This document shows positions 1-8,719 of a stretch of DNA of 29,882 bases, piece after piece. The stretch lies in the NCBI GenBank assembly GCA_040256005.1, contig JBDZWC010000024.1:1-29882 (forward strand), written 5' to 3'. The notes under the pieces are model-generated. The model worked only from the letters and a program-made list of their open reading frames with translations, was not told the DNA's origin and did no database searches. The DNA is from Deinococcaceae bacterium (GTDB lineage: Bacteria > Deinococcota > Deinococci > Deinococcales > Trueperaceae). Every line of letters starts with the position of its first letter. Positions within the stretch are counted from its first letter, which is position 1. The position numbers were made by a program, and so were the translations under genes.

Positions 1-1
1 C

Positions 2-562
2 GCCTCGCTGGATCCCCACCTCGGCCTCGACACGTTCAGGCCGCCGGCATCCCAGCACGAGGCTCTGGTCGGCATAGCGGGAGAGGACCGTGGATGCGTG
101 ACCGTCGCCATCCAACCTGACGAGCGCCGGCTCGTTGGCTACGTCGCCTTCCATGCGCCGTCGGAGGTGGAGACGTGGGGCGACGACGCCAGCGGCGCCA
201 TCGTAGAGCTGGGAGCCGTGGAGGTCGCCGACGTCATGCGCGGGCAACGGCTCGCCGAGCGGATGTTGACCGCGTCCTTCGCAGACGGCCGGTTCGACGA
301 CACCGTCGTGTTCGCGACCCTTTACCGCTGGCACTACGATCTGGGTCGCACGGGTCTCGGCGCGCTCGGGTACCGCCGGATGCTGGAGCGCCTCTACGGC
401 ACGGTAGGCTTGGTGCCCACGAGCACCACCGACCCGGAGATCGCCCACGACCCGGCCAACCGACTGGTGGCGCGAGTGGGGCCGCACGCGCCGCCGGCCG
501 TGGTCGCGGAGTTCGACAGGCTGAGGAACCGCCTGTGGGGAACCACGACGAGGAGGACGTAG
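2..562 (+). CDS. acuA: Acetoin utilization protein AcuA, GNAT acetyltransferase (5'-truncated by window edge)
   Basis: Frame is open from base 2 (…TFRPPASQHEALVGIA…). Motifs ELGAVEVA, YRWHYDL and TDPEIAHDPANRLVARVG match the AcuA pattern. Followed by acuB and acuC. Confidence 0.88.
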   Translation, partial: ASLDPHLGLDTFRPPASQHEALVGIAGEDRGCVTVAIQPDERRLVGYVAFHAPSEVETWGDDASGAIVELGAVEVADVMRGQRLAERMLTASFADGRFDDTVVFATLYRWHYDLGRTGLGALGYRRMLERLYGTVGLVPTSTTDPEIAHDPANRLVARVGPHAPPAVVAEFDRLRNRLWGTTTRRT

Positions 563-1219
563 GTGCTGGTAGCAGACGTGATGACCCGCCAGGTCGTCGC
601 GATCGGGCCCGACACGCCCATCCGCGACGTCCAGGCGCTCATGGAGCAGCGCAACATCAGGCACTTCCCGATCCTCGAGGGGCGCGCCGCCCCTGGACAG
701 CCGGACGCTCTCGTCGGGATCGTCTCGGACCGCGACGTGAGGCTCGTGGGCGCCGACCACCCCAAGGCGCCGGCAGGCGTGAGGTCGTCAGACCCTATCA
801 GCCGCCTGATGGTCACGGACGTGGTCACGGCGCATCCGGGCGACCCCATCGAAGAGACCGCCAAAGCCATGCGCACTCGCAAGATCGGAGCCATGCCGGT
901 CATGGACGAAGGCTCACTGGTCGGCATCGTGACGGCAGCTGACCTGCTCGACGCGCTGGTGAAGATGTCGGGGGTCGAGCAGGCGTCAGCGAGGTTGGAG
1001 GTCGAGGTAGCCAACCGCCCCGGCGCCCTGGCGGAGCTCTTGGGCCTCATCGCCGACAGGCGGGTGAACGTCGTCAGCGTGATGACGACGCGCGGCGACG
1101 CCGAGACCGTGTCCTTCGTCCTGCGCGTCTCGACCGTCGACGCCCACGGCCTCGCCCGGCACCTCAGGCGGGCCGGGGTGACCGTCGCCTGGCCGCCGGA
1201 GAAGCAAGCGGTACCGTGA
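563..1219 (+). CDS. acuB: AcuB: tandem CBS domains plus C-terminal ACT domain
   Basis: CBS motifs (VADVMT, IRHFPI, LVGIVSDRD, IGAMPV, LVGIVT), ACT motif NRPGALA, AGGAGG RBS before the GTG start, and position between acuA and acuC. Confidence 0.88.
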   Translation: MLVADVMTRQVVAIGPDTPIRDVQALMEQRNIRHFPILEGRAAPGQPDALVGIVSDRDVRLVGADHPKAPAGVRSSDPISRLMVTDVVTAHPGDPIEETAKAMRTRKIGAMPVMDEGSLVGIVTAADLLDALVKMSGVEQASARLEVEVANRPGALAELLGLIADRRVNVVSVMTTRGDAETVSFVLRVSTVDAHGLARHLRRAGVTVAWPPEKQAVP

Positions 1220-2391
1220 CCGGCGCGCCGGTCAGGTTCGTGTTCGACCCGGAGCTGGCGGCCTTCCAGCTCACCCCCGAGCACCCCTTCAAACCCGTGC
1301 GCTACGAGCTCGTGCGTACGCTCCTGCTGGCCGCCGGCGTGCTGACGGCCGACGAGGTGGTGGCGCCCACGCCGGTCGGGGACGACGACCTGCTTACCAT
1401 CCACGACGCTGACTACGTCGAGATGGTGCGGGCGGCATCCGACCCAGCGAGGCGCCCGCCAGACGTCGAGCTGCAGCGCTACGGGCTGGCCACCTCCGAC
1501 AACCCTGTCTTCCCACGCATGCACGAGCTGGTGCGCGGCGTCGTCGCGGCCACCGTCACGGCGGTGGAGCTGGTCGCCACGGGCAGGGCGTTGCGCGCCA
1601 GCAGCTTCGCGGGCGGTCTGCACCACGCCATGCGCGACAAGGCCTCGGGCTTCTGCGTCTACAACGACCTGGCGGTGGCGATGAGGCGCGCCGTGGACGT
1701 TCATGGGATGCGGGTGGCGTACGTGGACGTGGACGCTCACCACGGCGACGGCGTCCAGTGGCTGTTCTACGACGACCCGAACGTGCTCACCATCAGCCTC
1801 CACGAGTCAGGTCGGTACCTGTTCCCCGGCACGGGCTTCACGTACGAGACGGGCAACGGCAGGGGACGCGGCACCGCCGTCAACATGCCGCTCGAGCCGT
1901 TCACCGACGACGACAGCTTCGTCGACGCTTACGAGGCGGTGGTGCCCGCAGCGGTCGAGCGCTTCGCGCCCGACCTGATCGTGCTGCAGGCGGGGGCGGA
2001 CATGCATCACCGCGACCCGCTCGCGAACCTGAACCTCTCGCTGGCGGGGATGACACATGCGTTCACGCGCACCGTCGAACTTGCCGACCGCCACGCCGGT
2101 GGCCGCCTCGTCGTGACGGGAGGCGGGGGCTACGACCCGTACCGGACCGTGCCGAGGGCCTGGTCGTTGGCGTGGTCCGCCCTGTCGGGCCGCGAACTGC
2201 CCTCGGACCTGCCGGCGAGCTGGCGCGCGGGATGGACGCAGCGACTGGGCGTAGAGCTGCCGGCCACCTTCGACGACCCGGCGCCGCCGCCCGTTCCCCG
2301 GAGAGCCGCGATCGCGAGCCGCAACCGGTCGGTCGCCGACCGCCTCATGGCCCAGCTGGCTGACATCTGGGGCGTTACCCTGCAACCATGA
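1216..2391 (+). CDS. acuC: AcuC, Zn-dependent histone-deacetylase-family protein deacetylase
   Basis: HPFKP, GGLHHA, SGFCVYND, DVDAHHGDG, SLHESG, QAGAD..DPL and GGGGY motifs. GTGA overlap with acuB. Confidence 0.93.
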   Translation: MTGAPVRFVFDPELAAFQLTPEHPFKPVRYELVRTLLLAAGVLTADEVVAPTPVGDDDLLTIHDADYVEMVRAASDPARRPPDVELQRYGLATSDNPVFPRMHELVRGVVAATVTAVELVATGRALRASSFAGGLHHAMRDKASGFCVYNDLAVAMRRAVDVHGMRVAYVDVDAHHGDGVQWLFYDDPNVLTISLHESGRYLFPGTGFTYETGNGRGRGTAVNMPLEPFTDDDSFVDAYEAVVPAAVERFAPDLIVLQAGADMHHRDPLANLNLSLAGMTHAFTRTVELADRHAGGRLVVTGGGGYDPYRTVPRAWSLAWSALSGRELPSDLPASWRAGWTQRLGVELPATFDDPAPPPVPRRAAIASRNRSVADRLMAQLADIWGVTLQP

Positions 2392-3266
2392 AGATCGGGT
2401 TCATCGGACTGGGCACGATGGGCGCGCCCATGGCGCGCCGGCTCCTTCAAGCCGGTCACGAGGTGACCGTCCACAACCGGACCCGCTCACGCGAAGAGCC
2501 GTTGGCCGCGCTGGGCGCCGCGCGCGCGGGCGACCCGCGCTCGTGTGCCGTGGGCCGAGAGGTCGTGTTCACGATGGTCTCTGACACGCCCGACCTGGAG
2601 GCCGTGGTGTCCGGCGACGCCGGTGCGGCCCACGGCCTCGAGCCGGGCGCCGTGCTGGTCGACATGAGCACGGTCAGCCCGGCCGCTACGCGGCGGCTCG
2701 CCGCGGAGCTGACAGGGCGCGGTATCGCCATGCTCGACGCCCCGGTCTCCGGCGGTAGCGAAGGGGCGGAGAACGGCACCCTCTCGATCATGGTCGGGGG
2801 CGACGCCGACGCGCTCGAGCGCGTGCGCCCGCTTCTGGAGGTCCTCGGCAAGACGATCACCCACATCGGTCCGAGCGGTGCCGGGCAGGTGGCCAAGGCC
2901 GTTAACCAGGTCGTGATCGCGGGGACCTACGCTGCGGTTGCCGAGGGCATGGCACTCGCCCAGCGCTCCGGCGTCGATACGGACGCCCTGGTGCGCGCGC
3001 TGTCCGGCGGGGCCGCCGGCTCCTGGATCCTCGCGAACCGGGCGGGCAACATGCTGCGGGGCGACTACCCTCTAGGGTTCAGGACGCGGCTGCACCGCAA
3101 GGACCTGGGGATCGCCCTGTCGGAGGCGCGGGACCTGGGCGTGAGCATGCCGGTGGCGGCCTACGTGGAGCAGGTCGAGACCGGGCTGGTAGGACGCGGC
3201 TACGGCGACGAGGACGTGTCCAACGTGGCCCGAGTCGTGAGAGAGATGGCGGGCCTGGACGACTGA
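2388..3266 (+). CDS. NAD(P)-dependent beta-hydroxyacid dehydrogenase (3-hydroxyisobutyrate dehydrogenase / tartronate semialdehyde reductase family)
   Basis: GFIGLGTMG Rossmann motif, DAPVSGG, catalytic K in AKAVNQ, and KDL motif. ATGA overlap with acuC. Confidence 0.9.
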   Translation: MKIGFIGLGTMGAPMARRLLQAGHEVTVHNRTRSREEPLAALGAARAGDPRSCAVGREVVFTMVSDTPDLEAVVSGDAGAAHGLEPGAVLVDMSTVSPAATRRLAAELTGRGIAMLDAPVSGGSEGAENGTLSIMVGGDADALERVRPLLEVLGKTITHIGPSGAGQVAKAVNQVVIAGTYAAVAEGMALAQRSGVDTDALVRALSGGAAGSWILANRAGNMLRGDYPLGFRTRLHRKDLGIALSEARDLGVSMPVAAYVEQVETGLVGRGYGDEDVSNVARVVREMAGLDD

Positions 3267-3273
3267 GGCGCCG

Positions 3274-4104
3274 TCACAGCCGGGCGATGAGCTCGGTACG
3301 GCGGAGCGAGCGTGCCCCCAGCCACAGGAGAGCCGCGGCGGCCAACCACAGGACCAGACCCAGCAGCACGACCAGCCACGCGCTGAAGTACATGAGCCCG
3401 GTCACCTGTCCGATCATCAGCGCCACGATGGGGAGCACGACCACTCCCCCCAGCTGGTACGCCTCCTGGAACGTGCGGACGCGGGACGACACGATCACCG
3501 AGGTGCCCAGGCCCACGGCGGCCGCCGCCGGCATCACCCAGACGAGCAGGACCAGCCACATCGTCGTCGGCATGAAGACGCGGCCCATGGTCGGCCAAGC
3601 CGCCACGTTGGCGGTGACGCAGTAGACGACGAAGCAGATGCAGCCGACGACCACCGCCGGCAGCCAAGCCGAGAGCATCTTCGCCAGCACGAGGTCGCGA
3701 TCCGAGATCGGGCTGTAGACGAGCGCCTCGAGCGTTCCCCGCTCCTTCTCGCCAGCGAACGAGTCGGCCGCGAGCACGCTCGCGACCATCAGCGGCACGA
3801 TGAGGAACAGCGGCGCCAGGAGGTAGACGAGGCCGAGGACGACGGCCTGCTGGTCGGGGTCCAACCCTGAGACCCTGGCGACCAGGTCAGGCGAGAGCGT
3901 CTCCAGCTGGTCGGCGAGCTGTCCCATCCCTGCGGCCGTTCGCGGCGCCACGAGGGCGAGCAACAAGGGCAGCCCCACCATGACGATCAGCGGCACCATG
4001 ACGAACGGGACGGAGACGGCCTTGCTGGACAGCGCTACCGTCACGTCCTTGCGCACGATCGCGCGGAGAGCGCGCCCGGAAGGCGACGGCGACGCGGGCT
4101 GCAC
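3274..4104 (-). CDS. ABC-2 type transporter permease
   Basis: About six hydrophobic segments, AGEKERGTLEAL...P motif, and position directly downstream of an ABC ATPase. Confidence 0.85.
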   Translation of the reverse strand: MQPASPSPSGRALRAIVRKDVTVALSSKAVSVPFVMVPLIVMVGLPLLLALVAPRTAAGMGQLADQLETLSPDLVARVSGLDPDQQAVVLGLVYLLAPLFLIVPLMVASVLAADSFAGEKERGTLEALVYSPISDRDLVLAKMLSAWLPAVVVGCICFVVYCVTANVAAWPTMGRVFMPTTMWLVLLVWVMPAAAAVGLGTSVIVSSRVRTFQEAYQLGGVVVLPIVALMIGQVTGLMYFSAWLVVLLGLVLWLAAAALLWLGARSLRRTELIARL

Positions 4105-4106
4105 GT

Positions 4107-5063
4107 TCAGCCGCCCTCCCCGTAGATCGAGAAGTACACGTCCTGCAGTGTCGCGCGAACGGGTTCCACGCGGTAGACGCTCAGCTCGGACCCGACCAAC
4201 AGCGCCACCACGCGCGGAGCGGAGCCGGCTGGCAGGTGGTCGATCGTGAGCTCGTCACCGACCGGGGCCAGCTCGACAGCAGCGTCGGGGAACGCCGCAC
4301 GCACGGACTCCAAGGCACGCTTCCCCTCGCCGAGACCCACCTCGACGATGAGCCGTCCCGGCAGGCGGCCGGCGAGCTCGGCAGGTGTGCCGATGGCGAC
4401 GACCGCACCGGAGCGCATGACGGCAACCCGGTCGCACACGGCCTGGGCCAGCCCGAGGTCGTGCGTACAGAGGACGACCGTGCGACCCTCCCCGGCGCTC
4501 TGCTCCCGCAGCGACGCGGTCACCTCGCGCGACGCCACGGGGTCCAGGCCGGACGTCGGCTCGTCGAGGAACAGCAGTTCCGGCTCGTGCTGCAGCGCTC
4601 GGGCGAGCGCCAGCCTCTGCTTCATCCCCTTGCTGAAGCCGCCCACCTTCCTGTCGGCCGCATCCGTCAAGCCGAAACGCGTCAGCATCTCTGCGATCCG
4701 GCCGTCCACCCGCTCCCGCGGGTAACCGTACACATCGGCGTAGTAGCGCAGGTTCTGCCTGGCGGTCAGGCGCTCCTCGAGCGCGTGGTTCTCTGGCAGT
4801 ACGCCGAGGCGGGACCGCACGGCAGGGCCGTCCGCGAACGGCGAGAGGCCGAAGACGCGGGCGGAACCCGCCGTGGGTGTCAGGATGCCGGCGAGCATGC
4901 GGATCGTCGTGGTCTTCCCCGCCCCGTTGTGGCCCAGGAGAGCCAAGACCTCTCCTCGTCCCACCACGAGGTCGAGCCCGTCCACCGCCACCTTCTCCCC
5001 GAATCTGCGCGTCAACCCCGTCGCTGCCACGACCGGCGCGTCTCGCGAGGAGGACCGCACCAT
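4107..5063 (-). CDS. ABC transporter ATP-binding protein
   Basis: Walker A GHNGAGKTT, signature FSKGM, Walker B LLFLDEPT, H-switch. Start placed at ATG 5063, a TGATG overlap with the upstream methyltransferase. Confidence 0.92.
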   Translation of the reverse strand: MVRSSSRDAPVVAATGLTRRFGEKVAVDGLDLVVGRGEVLALLGHNGAGKTTTIRMLAGILTPTAGSARVFGLSPFADGPAVRSRLGVLPENHALEERLTARQNLRYYADVYGYPRERVDGRIAEMLTRFGLTDAADRKVGGFSKGMKQRLALARALQHEPELLFLDEPTSGLDPVASREVTASLREQSAGEGRTVVLCTHDLGLAQAVCDRVAVMRSGAVVAIGTPAELAGRLPGRLIVEVGLGEGKRALESVRAAFPDAAVELAPVGDELTIDHLPAGSAPRVVALLVGSELSVYRVEPVRATLQDVYFSIYGEGG

Positions 5064-5809
5064 CACGGCCGCACCGCCACGGCCCACACGCGGTCCGCGT
5101 CTTCACCGGCCGGCTCGCCGTCCGGGTGCAGCACCACCCGCACGTCCGCGAACCCCGCGCCCTCCAGCAGCCGCGTGAGGGTAGGTGCGTCGTACCCCCT
5201 CTCGACGTGGCGCTCGACGAAGCTGCCGTCAGCCGTGCTGCAGTAGGCCTCGACGTACGCCAGGCCCGTCTCAGCGTCGTACTCGTGACGCCAGGAGTAG
5301 TAGACGTCGTCGGCCCAGCCCTCGACCTTGCCGCCCGCCCACAGCTCCCGCATCGCCAGCTCCGTGTTGGCATCGAACACGAAGCAGCCGCCTGGCGCCA
5401 AGTGACGGTGGACGTTTCGGCAGGCGGTCAACAAGGACTCCTCCGTCAGCACGTTGTTGAGCGAGTCGAACACGGAGTAGACGAGGTCGAACTCACGTCC
5501 CAGGGAGAAGCTCCCGAAGTCGCCGTCGTGGAAGGGCACGCCGGGTAGCTTCCGTCTGGCCACGGCCAGCATCTCGGGACTGGCGTCGAGGCCCTCTACC
5601 GGGAGCCCGCGAGCCGCGAACGGCGCCGTGGAGTTGCCGGTGCCGCACCCCAGGTCGAGCGCGGGCCCGCCGGAGTAGCCGCGGCCCGTCGCCAGGCGCA
5701 AGACGAACTCGGCCCACAGGTCGTACTCGACGTCGGCCATGATCTCGTCGTAGACGTCTGCCAGCGCCGTGAACGGTCTGGCGGAGAACGGAGTGCCGGC
5801 GTCCGTCAC
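5063..5809 (-). CDS. Class I SAM-dependent methyltransferase
   Basis: Motif I LDLGCGTG, GLDASPEML, FDLVYSVFDSLN and LAPGGCFVFD. Confidence 0.9.
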   Translation of the reverse strand: MTDAGTPFSARPFTALADVYDEIMADVEYDLWAEFVLRLATGRGYSGGPALDLGCGTGNSTAPFAARGLPVEGLDASPEMLAVARRKLPGVPFHDGDFGSFSLGREFDLVYSVFDSLNNVLTEESLLTACRNVHRHLAPGGCFVFDANTELAMRELWAGGKVEGWADDVYYSWRHEYDAETGLAYVEAYCSTADGSFVERHVERGYDAPTLTRLLEGAGFADVRVVLHPDGEPAGEDADRVWAVAVRP

Positions 5810-5904
5810 GATCCGACCTCAGGACACGGCCACACGGTCCGGCCTGTCGCACCCCGGGACATGGGCCATCCGGAGGCACCGGTTGCCGCTCGCACGTCGG
5901 CGGG

Positions 5905-6936
5905 TCAAACGGCTCGTTCGTCGACGATCAACGCGACCTTGCCCATGTTGCGGTTGGCGCGCATGTAGGAGTGGGCCTCCTCGACGTCCTCCAGGCGGTA
6001 GGTACGGTCCACATGCGGCGTGATGTGGCCGCCTTCGAGGTCAGCGCCGAACCGCGCCAGGAACTCCTGTCTCACCTTGAGCTTCTCGGCGAGCGGCCGG
6101 TGACGCAGGGTGGAGCCGATCAGCTTGAGGCGCCGCGTCATGAGCTCCCGGATGTCAAGTTGAGCGCGCCTGCCCCCCAGGGTCGCGATGAACACGATCC
6201 GACCCCCGGTGCCGAGGACCTCCAGGTTGGCGGCGAAGTACTCCTCGCCCACGATGTCGAGGATCACGTCGACACCGGCCCCGCCGCCGTGCTCGGCGAT
6301 CGCCTCCTCGAACGGACGAGCCAGCCTGTCGATCGCCAGGTCCGCGCCCAACCGCTCGCACAAGGCGACCTTCTCGGGTCCGCCAGCCGTGGCGTAGACC
6401 GTGCAACCGGCCCGTTTGGCGAGCATGATCGCGTACGTGCCCACGCCGCTGGCCCCGCCGTGAACGAGCACCCGCTCGCCCAGCTTCAGTCGGGCCTCCA
6501 TGAACAGGTTCAGGTACGCGGTGAACGCCACCTCCGGAAGCGACGCCGCCTGCGCCCAAGACCAGTCCTCCGGCACCGGCATGAGCATGCCCGCCGGCAC
6601 TGCCACGTACTGACCGTAGCCACCGCCGGGCAGCAGCGCCGTGTAGCGGCGCCCGGGTTCGACGCCGGCGGCCTCCATGACCGCCTCATCGCCGGCCACC
6701 ACGTAACCCGCAGCCTCGAGCCCGAGCACCTCCGTCTCGCCCGGCGGTGGCGGGTAGTTGCCCGCCGCCTGGGACAGGTCGGCGCGGTTGAGGGCCGTCG
6801 CCATGACCTGCATGAGCACCTCGCCGGGACGAAGCTCCGGCGCGGGCACCTCGGTCAAGGTCAACCCTCCGTCACGTACCACCACGGCACGCATGCTGCG
6901 CGGCAGCGACCCTGTCCCCTCCACTCCTTGCGTCAT
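5905..6936 (-). CDS. NAD(P)H-quinone oxidoreductase (zeta-crystallin/PIG3-like MDR family)
   Basis: LNRAD..Q..G.YPPPPG, LGLEAAG, VLVHGGASGVG, GSTLR and GKV motifs. Confidence 0.92.
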   Translation of the reverse strand: MTQGVEGTGSLPRSMRAVVVRDGGLTLTEVPAPELRPGEVLMQVMATALNRADLSQAAGNYPPPPGETEVLGLEAAGYVVAGDEAVMEAAGVEPGRRYTALLPGGGYGQYVAVPAGMLMPVPEDWSWAQAASLPEVAFTAYLNLFMEARLKLGERVLVHGGASGVGTYAIMLAKRAGCTVYATAGGPEKVALCERLGADLAIDRLARPFEEAIAEHGGGAGVDVILDIVGEEYFAANLEVLGTGGRIVFIATLGGRRAQLDIRELMTRRLKLIGSTLRHRPLAEKLKVRQEFLARFGADLEGGHITPHVDRTYRLEDVEEAHSYMRANRNMGKVALIVDERAV

Positions 6937-7010
6937 GGGCCATGCTACCCGGCTGCCTGGCGACGAGGAAGGCCACGGTGGCGACAGGCTTTCCTGGTAG
7001 CTTGGTGTTC

Positions 7011-8015
7011 ATGATCGGCGTAGACCTCGGCACGACCAACGTACGGATCCACGTGAAGGGCAAGGGCGTCTTGCTGAGGGAGCCCGCCGTCATAGCGGTG
7101 GTGAAGGGGACGACCGACGTCAAGGCGGTCGGCCAGGAGGCCTACCGGATGCTGGGCAGGACGCCCGGCAACATCACCGCGGTGAGGCCGATGGCTGACG
7201 GGGTCATCGCCGACTACACCCTCACGGAGCGGATGCTCAAGGCTTTCATAGGCAAGGTCCTGACCGGGCCGGCACGGTTCCTGCGCCCGAACATCATGGT
7301 GTGCATCCCGTCCGGCATCACGGAGGTCGAACGCCGCGCCGTCGTGCAGGCGATGCACGAGATCGGCGCCCGCAAGGCTTACCTGATCGAGGAACCCGTC
7401 GCCGGCGCCATCGGCGCGGGCATCAACATCGCCGAGCCGGTGGGTTCCATGGTCATCGACATAGGCGGCGGCACCACGGACGTCGCCATCCTCAGCATGG
7501 GCGGGATCGTGGTCTCGGAGAGCCTACGCATCGCCGGCAACACGTTCGACCGCGACATCATGGCGTTCGTCAAGGCCAAGCACAACCTGCTCATCGGGGA
7601 CCGCACCGCGGAGGAGATCAAGCGCACGGTCGGGGCGGCGAAGATCGTCTCGCCCGAGGACGACAGGTCCGTGGAGGTGCGGGGCCGCGACCTCATCGAC
7701 GGCATGCCCAAGAGCGTCACCGTTACCACGCAGGACGTCGTGACGGCCCTCAAGCCCTCGCTCGAGAAGATCGCCGCCGGCCTGCGCAAGGTCGTGGAGC
7801 AGGCGCCGCCGGAGCTCGTCTCCGACGTGATCGAGCGCGGCATCGTGATGACGGGCGGCGGCGCTCTGCTGCGCAACCTCGACGCCTACCTGGGCGCCGT
7901 CACGTCGATCCCCGTCGGCGTGGCACCCAACGCGGCCGACTGCGTCGTCATGGGCACGGCGCAGGCGCTCGATATGGTCCACATCCTCAGGGACGCGAGC
8001 TACGAAGCGACCTGA
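7011..8015 (+). CDS. mreB: Rod shape-determining actin homologue, MreB/Mbl family
   Basis: DLGTTN, RPMADGVIAD, PSGITEVERRAV, IEEP.A.AIGAG, IDIGGGTTD, GRDLIDGMPK and TGGGALL. ATG 7011 lies 7 nt after TAGCTT (6998-7003). Confidence 0.92.
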   Translation: MIGVDLGTTNVRIHVKGKGVLLREPAVIAVVKGTTDVKAVGQEAYRMLGRTPGNITAVRPMADGVIADYTLTERMLKAFIGKVLTGPARFLRPNIMVCIPSGITEVERRAVVQAMHEIGARKAYLIEEPVAGAIGAGINIAEPVGSMVIDIGGGTTDVAILSMGGIVVSESLRIAGNTFDRDIMAFVKAKHNLLIGDRTAEEIKRTVGAAKIVSPEDDRSVEVRGRDLIDGMPKSVTVTTQDVVTALKPSLEKIAAGLRKVVEQAPPELVSDVIERGIVMTGGGALLRNLDAYLGAVTSIPVGVAPNAADCVVMGTAQALDMVHILRDASYEAT

Positions 8016-8024
8016 GCCCCGCTG

Positions 8025-8525
8025 TCACGTACCCTGCGGCTCTGCCGGCGCCCCGGGCGCGATCTGCGCCGCGGCGCGCGCCAGCCGACCGGTGACCAGG
8101 AACCCCAGCCCGTAGGCGAGCACGAGCACCGCCAGCAAGGTGTACACGGGTAGCCCCATCTGGCCGGTGGCCAGCGCCAGCGAAGCGAACCATGAAGTCG
8201 TCGAGAGCGTCACGCCGGCCAGCAGCGCCCGCGCCAGCACCGCCTGCCTGCTGGCGAGCGACGACAGGCGCACGGTCGCCGCCAGGCCCAGCGGTAGCTG
8301 CGCGAACGCGAAGGCCACCAGAGTCCACGCCAGGAGGGAACTGGCGCGACCGGAGCCACCCGCCAGCGCCGACACCGCCACACCGACCAAAACGGCTACG
8401 AGCGAGTGCCCGAAGAACGCGCCGGCGTAGACGAGCCGCAGGAACGCAGCTGCCTGGCCTTGCGTGAGATCGTCTGCGCTCAGGTAGCGCGCCGCGAGCC
8501 GCGCGAAGAGGCCGGCCCTGATCAG
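8025..8525 (-). CDS. Hypothetical membrane protein (~4 TM), probable CTG start
   Basis: Hydrophobic 166-codon frame with GC-rich third positions. CTG 8525-8523 overlaps the TGA of the upstream small ORF. No canonical start occurs until inside the first TM. Confidence 0.6.
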   Translation of the reverse strand: MIRAGLFARLAARYLSADDLTQGQAAAFLRLVYAGAFFGHSLVAVLVGVAVSALAGGSGRASSLLAWTLVAFAFAQLPLGLAATVRLSSLASRQAVLARALLAGVTLSTTSWFASLALATGQMGLPVYTLLAVLVLAYGLGFLVTGRLARAAAQIAPGAPAEPQGT

Positions 8526-8644
8526 TGCGGTTCGTGCGTCTGCCGGGCGAACCAGGTAGCGATAGCCACCCCGGCCGCGGCGAACAGCGCCAGCGAGCCG
8601 GTGATGATCAGTGCGTTGCGCATGATGACGAGGAAGGTTTCCAC
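8522..8644 (-). CDS. Small 40-aa single-TM protein (METFLVIMRNALIITGSLALFAAAGVAIATWFARQTHEPH), not in the ORF track
   Basis: AGGAGG (complement of 8649-8654) 4 nt before GTG 8644, one hydrophobic helix, and TGA at 8524-8522. Confidence 0.6.
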   Translation of the reverse strand: METFLVIMRNALIITGSLALFAAAGVAIATWFARQTHEPH

Positions 8645-8719
8645 TTCGCCTCCTGGTTGGTGAGCATATCGCAGCCGACGCGAACGTCGAGGGTCCACAG
8701 GCGGTCGGCCCCCGAGTCC

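Noticed and set aside
394..1803. Long antisense and alternative-frame ORFs here and throughout the window
   Set aside because: These are shadow ORFs expected at high GC. They overlap well-supported genes and carry no recognisable motifs.
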